Below are positions 58,394-64,000 of a DNA stretch of 64,000 bases, in pieces; positions within the stretch are counted from its first letter, which is position 1, and each line of letters begins with the position of its first letter. Source of the stretch: a virus; the IMG/VR virus record IMGVR_UViG_3300005253_000946, one strand, 5' to 3'. The translations under genes were made by a program, and so were the position numbers. The notes under the pieces were generated by a model. The model searched no databases and had not been told where the DNA came from. It saw nothing but the letters and a program-made list of their open reading frames with translations.

Positions 58394-58981
58394 ATGGGTA
58401 ACCACGTACACATAACTTCAGGTTGTGGTGATGAAATCATCAAACTGGCCGCTCATGGTGGTCCTACGACCGGAGAGCAGTTGCATCGATCTCTGATGGA
58501 TCAGAGAGCTATGCTTAGACGTGCTGGTTATAAAAAGAATCTGTCAGGTCAAGAGATTATAGCCAGAAATAAATGGCTACGTTCTGCAGTAAGGCAGGGC
58601 TCAACACTTAACAAGTCAGAGCTAGCGACTATTTCTGACCCGACTATTAGCCGATATACAAGTAGGGGTGCTGGTAAGGGTATTTTAGCAGGCGGTGGCT
58701 TAGGTGCGGGACTTGGAGCTGGAGCAGCTGCCTTACTAAAGAAGAATCCAAAGGCTGCACTCTTAGGAGGATTAGCTGGAGGTGTTTTAGGTATGTTACC
58801 GGGTGGCATTATAGGCAGCCAAATTGGTAAAGCTAAAGGTAGGAAAAGAGCTGGCGAGAAGATTAAACGCACACAAGAGTTATTAGGTGGGTACCAGAAA
58901 TTTATCAACAACCCGCAGATACAAAGAGAGATCTTGTCTGGTAAACTTATGATCCCTGTAATAGGTGTCCCTAGAGGCTGA
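58394..58981 (+). CDS. leader-tagged Gly-zipper membrane protein
   Basis: GCGDEIIKLA leader; GILAGGGLGAGLGAGAAA...GGLAGGVLGMLPGGIIG. Confidence 0.7.
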   Translation: MGNHVHITSGCGDEIIKLAAHGGPTTGEQLHRSLMDQRAMLRRAGYKKNLSGQEIIARNKWLRSAVRQGSTLNKSELATISDPTISRYTSRGAGKGILAGGGLGAGLGAGAAALLKKNPKAALLGGLAGGVLGMLPGGIIGSQIGKAKGRKRAGEKIKRTQELLGGYQKFINNPQIQREILSGKLMIPVIGVPRG

Positions 58982-59202
58982 TGTTATATGTACTCACACC
59001 TTGTATAGATGAACTCAGGAAGCTGGGATCTACACTTATGGCTACAGCTCCGAAGGTGATTAAGCTTCCTCCGTTATCTGCAGTCCATGAAGGCCCTAAG
59101 ATGAAGCCTAACAGTAAGAGGATTCAAAATGCTGCATCCTCATATACTACCTTAGCCAAAGACAACAAGATGCAGAAGTTGATGGCCCCCAAAATAAAAT
59201 AA
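58981..59202 (+). CDS. leader-tagged small basic protein
   Basis: PCIDELRKLG leader; coupled by TGATG. Confidence 0.55.
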   Translation: MLYVLTPCIDELRKLGSTLMATAPKVIKLPPLSAVHEGPKMKPNSKRIQNAASSYTTLAKDNKMQKLMAPKIK

Positions 59203-59250
59203 GCACTACTCTCCGGCTTCTAGTAAGTTGTTGGGAGTTGTGGGCCTGGG

Positions 59251-59281
59251 AAGGGGAGCTTTATCAGCTCCCCTTTCTTTT
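59251..59281. terminator. bidirectional intrinsic terminator
   Basis: aaggggagct-ttatc-agctcccctt followed by a T tract, between convergent genes. Confidence 0.7.
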
Positions 59282-59894
59282 ATTGCTTATTCATATTATT
59301 TAAGGCATCCAGGAAGGCTTGAGGAGGAGCTACAGCGTTAGCACTAGCAGCTGCAGATGGTACGAAAGCAGATATATTAGGGGGTATAGATGCCTTCTTA
59401 GGGGCTGAAAACGTCTGCACCGGCTTCTGAGGGTCTAAAGAATCTGCACACAGGTTACATAGACCTAGTTCTTTATTCTTTAGATATATATGGCCATCGT
59501 CTACCCTACCCATCTCTGACCCACACCCACGGCAGTTCAGGATCCTACTCACTGGCAGTTTAATATTAATTAAGGTAGGTAGGTGGTGTTGCTCGATTTT
59601 GTAGTTCTCATCCCAGTGAAACTTACCTGGGTGTATATCCCAGAGCTTCAGTAGCTTCCCTACCGCCAACAGGTTGTAACAATTCTCATCGGTGAGGACA
59701 TGTGTTCGTAGGACCAGATGAGAAGCTCCGTCGACCAACTCTGGAACTCTTCTAAGTTCAGAGATCAGAGAGGATGCATTATCTTTGAGAGCGTTTACAT
59801 CGATCCTTACAGAAACTCCGGGTTTTATATCAACCTTGGTCCCTGTGGGTGAGACTAAATTAGCTAGGGCTGCTAGAACTTTTGCGAAATCCAT
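59280..59894 (-). CDS. hypothetical protein with CxxC...CxxC finger
   Basis: CRGCG...CNLC. Confidence 0.65.
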   Translation of the reverse strand: MDFAKVLAALANLVSPTGTKVDIKPGVSVRIDVNALKDNASSLISELRRVPELVDGASHLVLRTHVLTDENCYNLLAVGKLLKLWDIHPGKFHWDENYKIEQHHLPTLINIKLPVSRILNCRGCGSEMGRVDDGHIYLKNKELGLCNLCADSLDPQKPVQTFSAPKKASIPPNISAFVPSAAASANAVAPPQAFLDALNNMNKQ

Positions 59895-59899
59895 AACTC

Positions 59900-59929
59900 T
59901 TGACTCAAAGGCCTAAACCTGTTTACTAT
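59900..59929 (+). promoter_or_regulatory. sigma70-like promoter
   Basis: TTGACT-18 nt-TACTAT upstream of the 59944 start. Confidence 0.4.
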
Positions 59930-59943
59930 GGTGTTTACCGCTT

Positions 59944-60480
59944 ATGGATAAACTAGAAATAAGATACCGACGATTCAAGAATAAAGCAAGGCAAGACGTA
60001 GATGTCATCGCCCTGCAGATTTTTAGGGTCACCGATCCCTTAATTGAGCAGAAGTACAGTCACGTTACTGATTACAGCCTTCGTAAGAAACGTAAGGACT
60101 CACCATTGAAGATTAAGGAGTGGGATGGTAGTGACACCTTGTTAAATGGTAACATGAGCGTCGATCAGTATATGAAAATGATCCTCGATACCTGGAAGGG
60201 TCCTTGCAATAGTCATGCCGATATTGTGATTAAACTTGAGGAAGGTACAGTGTTACAAGCACCTTCTAGGAGAGTAAGTCAGGATCCAGTTATCTTAGAC
60301 CCAAACCAGCATGAACTGGCAAAGGGCTGGGTTACGTACGATACCGTCTATATCTCTCAAGAAGACATGCGTAGCTCTTTTACTAATCACTACCCTCTAT
60401 TTAAAGACCTTATCGAGATTGTCAAAAGGTCTATAGAGGTTCGAGAGGACGTTAAGCGTGGTCAATCCATCAGAGCCTAG
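59944..60480 (+). CDS. hypothetical protein
   Basis: 178-aa ORF. Confidence 0.65.
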   Translation: MDKLEIRYRRFKNKARQDVDVIALQIFRVTDPLIEQKYSHVTDYSLRKKRKDSPLKIKEWDGSDTLLNGNMSVDQYMKMILDTWKGPCNSHADIVIKLEEGTVLQAPSRRVSQDPVILDPNQHELAKGWVTYDTVYISQEDMRSSFTNHYPLFKDLIEIVKRSIEVREDVKRGQSIRA

Positions 60481-60847
60481 AGTTGTAGCAGATATAGTCA
60501 CTGAGATATCTGAACTCAATGACAAAAAGGTTGTCATTGAGCATCTACGCTCGGCATTATCTGATTTTATTAAATCACCTGAAGGTATGGAAGCACCTTT
60601 GAATCTTTCCGACAGCCGTGGTAAACGGATAGATCCTATTATTATAAAAGATGTCGTAGGTGAGTTAAATGATTGGACCGAAGATATTGATGGGGAACTA
60701 ACTAAACTGTCAGGGTCTCAAGTAGCTACAGCTGGTATGAAAGTAGTAATAGCCGGTGGAAAAGGGAAGGCTAAAAAAAAGATCAATAATAAACCAACAG
60801 TTGTTAAAGATCCAGAAGACAAAGTACCAGAAGCCGCTCAAGCTTGA
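60458..60847 (+). CDS. hypothetical protein
   Basis: 129-aa ORF, GTG start with GAGG RBS. Confidence 0.65.
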   Translation: MVNPSEPRVVADIVTEISELNDKKVVIEHLRSALSDFIKSPEGMEAPLNLSDSRGKRIDPIIIKDVVGELNDWTEDIDGELTKLSGSQVATAGMKVVIAGGKGKAKKKINNKPTVVKDPEDKVPEAAQA

Positions 60848-61230
60848 GCAGCCACAGGTCCGTCTAACACTTCAGATATTATATCGTAGGGTATCAGTAC
60901 TTCTACATTAGGGGACTTCTTAGTTACTACTGTGAGAGCTTTTCGATAGAGCTTGAATCTGAGTAATTCTACTCGCTTATCTTCTGTTGTAAGTAAAGTC
61001 ACAGGTCCGTCCACCAGTTCGTAGAGATCACCCACACGTCTGTACTCGTATTGTTTGATTGAGTTTAAGAAGTTGATACTACCTCTGGCCTCTACCGGTA
61101 CTACGCTGAAAATAAATCGATCCAATTTATTCAATAGTGTTCGTAGCGATCCTCTCTTTTTGCCAGTAGAGAGTCTCAACGAGACTGAGGTTAAAGCAAA
61201 TATGATTGCTAACAACAATTTTCTGTCCAT
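60838..61230 (-). CDS. hypothetical protein
   Basis: 130 aa, AAGGAG RBS. Confidence 0.65.
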   Translation of the reverse strand: MDRKLLLAIIFALTSVSLRLSTGKKRGSLRTLLNKLDRFIFSVVPVEARGSINFLNSIKQYEYRRVGDLYELVDGPVTLLTTEDKRVELLRFKLYRKALTVVTKKSPNVEVLIPYDIISEVLDGPVAAQA

Positions 61231-61489
61231 GTAAAATCTCCTTCTCAGCTATGGTTAGGTTGTTAATGGAAGACCCTACATGCTCGACACTTCAAAACTC
61301 ACTCATCCTTGGAGGATTTAGAAGGCTGTGTACCGAACTTGTAGGGTCTCCAAACTGTTATAGCCGATTATTTGGGATTCTTTTAACACAAAAATATAAG
61401 CGTCGTTTCAAATGGTTGTGTTGTGATCTTTCTACTTCGGCTTTGAGAACTTTCGGGCTACAAGAATCCTCTATAAATTGTTTTAGTAG

Positions 61490-61585
61490 AGTACTCAAGT
61501 AGGATAGGAATTGAACCTATCTTCTCAATTCTCGATAGGAATTGACTTTACAGTATGTATTCGGCAAACGCTCGTAATACATTAT
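61490..61585 (-). pseudogene. degenerate tRNA-Tyr(GTA)-like element
   Basis: In order: GAGCG..GCCGAA (D-loop-like), CTGTAAA (Tyr anticodon loop), a 7-bp variable stem, and a perfect T arm atagg-TTCAATT-cctat; anticodon and acceptor stems do not pair. Confidence 0.35.
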
Positions 61586-61589
61586 ACAT

Positions 61590-61602
61590 TTACCTTATTA
61601 CA
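61590..61602 (-). promoter_or_regulatory. TGTNATAAG motif (putative phage promoter)
   Basis: TGTAATAAGGTAA directly upstream of the tRNA-like element. Confidence 0.5.
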
Positions 61603-61619
61603 CAAACTTTACTCGATTT

Positions 61620-61919
61620 TCACCTTTTTTTGGATAAGAAGTTTGAGAGGTCTAAGGTGCGTATATTATGCTTAAGTGGGGGGTTATCTTCTCTAGAATC
61701 TTCCAAGATCTGTCTTTCTTCGGATTCAGCGTCCTCATCGATCTCTGAGTAGTCGTCTCCCAACTCAACTATGTCTCTAGTTACTAGTCTGTATCTATCG
61801 ACCAAGGCTCGTATGATATCCTCTACAGTGATGTCAGGGGCCTCTGTTTGCAGTTCATTGGCTTTCCTGTGTAGGAAGTCAAGTTGCTGCTGTGTGAGTG
61901 GTACGACTACCTTTTTCAT
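61620..61919 (-). CDS. ribbon-helix-helix-like DNA-binding protein
   Basis: KKVVVPLTQQQLDFLHRKANE...TVEDIIRALVDRY. Confidence 0.5.
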   Translation of the reverse strand: MKKVVVPLTQQQLDFLHRKANELQTEAPDITVEDIIRALVDRYRLVTRDIVELGDDYSEIDEDAESEERQILEDSREDNPPLKHNIRTLDLSNFLSKKR

Positions 61920-62479
61920 TCGAAATCTTCGTGACTCCTAGAAGCTACGACACCGTCAGATTTTGCGTATTTTCCTCGATATAGTACATCAGGCGTTTCA
62001 CCTTCACTGTCAGCTTTGATAACTTCGTTAAAGGCTATCTGGCATATTTTCATGCCAGGAGTGAGACGTATTTTGTACTTCCTGGTTATATGGAGGTCTA
62101 CTATCTCAAGTGTCCAATGCTGATTGAATCCTACATCCCCAAAACCTGCTGTAACGTGTACCAATAATCCTATACGACCTATAGATGATTTACCATTAAT
62201 TTGTGGCTCCCACATATCACTACCAGCTCTCTCTACTGTATGGCCTAGGTAAAGAACTCCAGGTTTAAGATCATACCCGACATCAGGTATCTTAATCTCT
62301 TTAGTCGGAGTCTCTTTGCGTGGGTCTATAGTCGACCCTTCAGGGTAGTTATAAACCAGTAGAGTATCTCCCAGAGTAAGATCGTAAGAGTTCGGGTTGA
62401 TGTTAGCATCATTAAAGGGGTCTATAAGAATCCTACCCGCCTTAACTTCCTCTCTTAATTTAGTTGCTGATAGTGCCAC
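61916..62479 (-). CDS. dcd: dCTP deaminase
   Basis: NPNSYDLTLG, GKSSIGRIGLLVHVTAGFGDVGF, TLEI, PGMKICQI. Confidence 0.93.
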   Translation of the reverse strand: MALSATKLREEVKAGRILIDPFNDANINPNSYDLTLGDTLLVYNYPEGSTIDPRKETPTKEIKIPDVGYDLKPGVLYLGHTVERAGSDMWEPQINGKSSIGRIGLLVHVTAGFGDVGFNQHWTLEIVDLHITRKYKIRLTPGMKICQIAFNEVIKADSEGETPDVLYRGKYAKSDGVVASRSHEDFE

Positions 62480-62481
62480 AA

Positions 62482-62718
62482 TTACTCCTTTTTAGTAGGG
62501 TTTTTCTTTGGTGGTTTAGGTGTTTGTTGTTTAGATTCAGATGAATACCCGTCTTTATACCAACCACCACCTTTAAGTTCGAAGTTAGATCTACTTAAGA
62601 TCTTCTTTGATCTTTCACCGCACTTATGACACTTAATATGTTCCGGCCGGTCATCAGCAATACTCTGTATTATCTCTGAGATATGACCGGACTCACATTC
62701 ATACTCATACCTAGCCAT
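62482..62718 (-). CDS. FmdB-family zinc-ribbon protein
   Basis: MARYEYECESGH...CHKCG...ILSRSNFELKGGGWYKDGY. Confidence 0.85.
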   Translation of the reverse strand: MARYEYECESGHISEIIQSIADDRPEHIKCHKCGERSKKILSRSNFELKGGGWYKDGYSSESKQQTPKPPKKNPTKKE

Positions 62719-62720
62719 AT

Positions 62721-63251
62721 TTAATCTGTTCTTTCAAAACCTAATGCGGCGGCAATGATACCCTCTACTAGTTGTGGGTCAGCTGTAATTTTACGACCGT
62801 TACCGTCCGATGCCTCTACAAAGAGCCAGGTGAAGTCTTCCTCGCTTATATCTATGTTAGCATCCCATCTACCTTCAGTATCTATACTGATTTGAGCCAA
62901 TTCACTACCGTAGGCTAAGGTAGCTATGTCTATAATAGTCTGTTTCAGAGCTGCTGATGCTCTAGGACTACTGTTGCCTGAAGTAACAAGATCATACCCA
63001 AGCTCCATTAAACTTTTAATAATATTGTTTAGGCGTTCGAACTCGTCACGAGTAATATCTGTATCCGCCTGGGTCTTAACAACTTCATCTGAATCTGCGT
63101 CTATCAAGACTACGGAACAGTCTAAACATTCTATGGACATGTTTATAGGCTCTTCATCGCATTCTCCGTAAGCTACGACTTTAATCTCGTGACAATAATG
63201 CTCTTTCAGGCCAGCGAAGATTTTAGCTCTGTTACTCAGATCCAATCCCAT
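62721..63251 (-). CDS. hypothetical protein
   Basis: 176 aa; HYCH...ECLDC. Confidence 0.65.
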   Translation of the reverse strand: MGLDLSNRAKIFAGLKEHYCHEIKVVAYGECDEEPINMSIECLDCSVVLIDADSDEVVKTQADTDITRDEFERLNNIIKSLMELGYDLVTSGNSSPRASAALKQTIIDIATLAYGSELAQISIDTEGRWDANIDISEEDFTWLFVEASDGNGRKITADPQLVEGIIAAALGFERTD

Positions 63252-63846
63252 TTTTCAGGTCCTCCAGATATTTAGCGAAGAGTTCACCATCTTCTTTGTT
63301 TTTGAAGTTCGCTACTACAGACAGCTTTGTAGCAGCAGAGGTTGGTATTCTACAGAGTGCAGGAGTTTGTCGCCTAGGTATCTGTAGAACTTTATAATCA
63401 AATGTTTTTTCAGCCATGTCTTTGAGTTCCTTTTTTACCAGATAGAATGTGTGGATACGGTTCTTTAGATCGATACTAGACTTAGGGTCTTTTTTAGCTG
63501 CAGCGTTATGTCCAGAACCGATAGGATAACATTTCATCTTCCTTTTCATTTGAGAATCTCGTGTATGCCTACCCCACGGATCTATTATGATGTAAACGTC
63601 CTCTAGTCCTAATTTCCACTCATGTAGGACTTCAATTATATTCCAAATTCTATGCTGACCGTAAGGTTTTGCAAAATGCCCTGGACACTGTTCTTCATAC
63701 CATTTCCCTACTATACTTTGTATAGGAAGTTGGCAGATAAGACCGTCGTTTGCTTTGTAAGTATTAGGGTGTTGGAATAGATCTCGTGTATTAGGTATAT
63801 TCATCACATACCTTTCAAACACTTTCTGGTAGGGATTCATATTCAT
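63232..63846 (-). CDS. hypothetical protein (true start may be the ATG at 63804)
   Basis: 204-aa ORF; the upstream partial gene stops at 63815. Confidence 0.6.
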   Translation of the reverse strand: MNMNPYQKVFERYVMNIPNTRDLFQHPNTYKANDGLICQLPIQSIVGKWYEEQCPGHFAKPYGQHRIWNIIEVLHEWKLGLEDVYIIIDPWGRHTRDSQMKRKMKCYPIGSGHNAAAKKDPKSSIDLKNRIHTFYLVKKELKDMAEKTFDYKVLQIPRRQTPALCRIPTSAATKLSVVANFKNKEDGELFAKYLEDLKNGIGSE

Positions 63847-64000
63847 CCTCTAATTTCTCTCGATAGTCTATGGCAGCCTTATTTTCTTCAGTTATAAACC
63901 TACTTCTCAGCTCTTCTAAATCATCTAGGTCAATTATCTGTGCATCAATAGGTGAATCGGATTTAATACCCTGCACCACACCACCATCAACAAGTACTAG
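63815..64000 (-). CDS. partial hypothetical protein (5' end outside the window)
   Basis: Open frame LVLVDGGVVQGIKSDSPIDAQIIDLDD...ESLPESV*. Confidence 0.6.
   Translation of the reverse strand, partial: LVLVDGGVVQGIKSDSPIDAQIIDLDDLEELRSRFITEENKAAIDYREKLEDEYESLPESV

Noticed and set aside
48799-59202. RiPP/bacteriocin cluster (leader plus cationic core)
   Set aside because: No modifying enzyme, ABC exporter or double-Gly site; the genes are interleaved with neck and tail genes and the motif is shared with capsid proteins, so capsid targeting is more parsimonious though unproven
61206-61502. 98-aa plus-strand ORF
   Set aside because: TTG start without RBS, overlaps the start of a minus-strand gene, and has no motif
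1-64000. Stop-codon reassignment as seen in some large phages
   Set aside because: Standard code gives dense, full-length genes, and TAA, TAG and TGA all end coupled genes
1-64000. Archaeal or eukaryotic virus origin (Hjc, XPD, ATAAG resembling baculovirus late promoters, H1-like tail)
   Set aside because: Bacterial-type RNAP motifs, PolA, DnaG, DnaB, RecA, Shine-Dalgarno sites and a contractile tail point to a bacteriophage

Overview
A 64-kb internal fragment of a large tailed dsDNA phage with a contractile tail (myovirus). The standard genetic code and AGGAG ribosome-binding sites indicate a bacterial host, and I saw no integrase or cellular housekeeping genes. Positions 1-17.3 kb (minus strand) hold a replication/recombination operon: RusA, a UvsY-like protein, a Cas4-like nuclease, a DinG helicase, an Hjc-like nuclease, RecA, a family A DNA polymerase, SSB, primase, DnaB, family-4 UDG and an SF2 helicase. 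Positions 17.3-59.2 kb (mostly plus strand) hold a virion module: portal, a 2101-aa single-chain beta-beta' RNA polymerase, baseplate spike, terminase, prohead protease, scaffold-like proteins, major capsid, neck proteins, sheath and tube. Small minus-strand islands interrupt this module, as does a replication-initiator-like HTH gene carrying internal iterons. Positions 59.3-64 kb hold small accessory genes (dcd, FmdB-type Zn ribbon, RHH) and a degenerate tRNA-Tyr-like element. The most striking unexplained structure is a family of about 14 small genes. They share an acidic N-terminal leader ending in K-x-A ([SAG]F-x-x-E-L-x-K-[LI]-A or EL-x-x-[LIM]AD[YF]LLKEA), fused to unrelated, strongly cationic, Gly/Ala-rich cores. 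The same K-x-A motif recurs in the capsid, scaffold and protease proteins. I infer a capsid-targeting and maturation-cleavage system that loads a variable cargo set into the head. All functional calls come from motif recognition by eye; no database searches were run.
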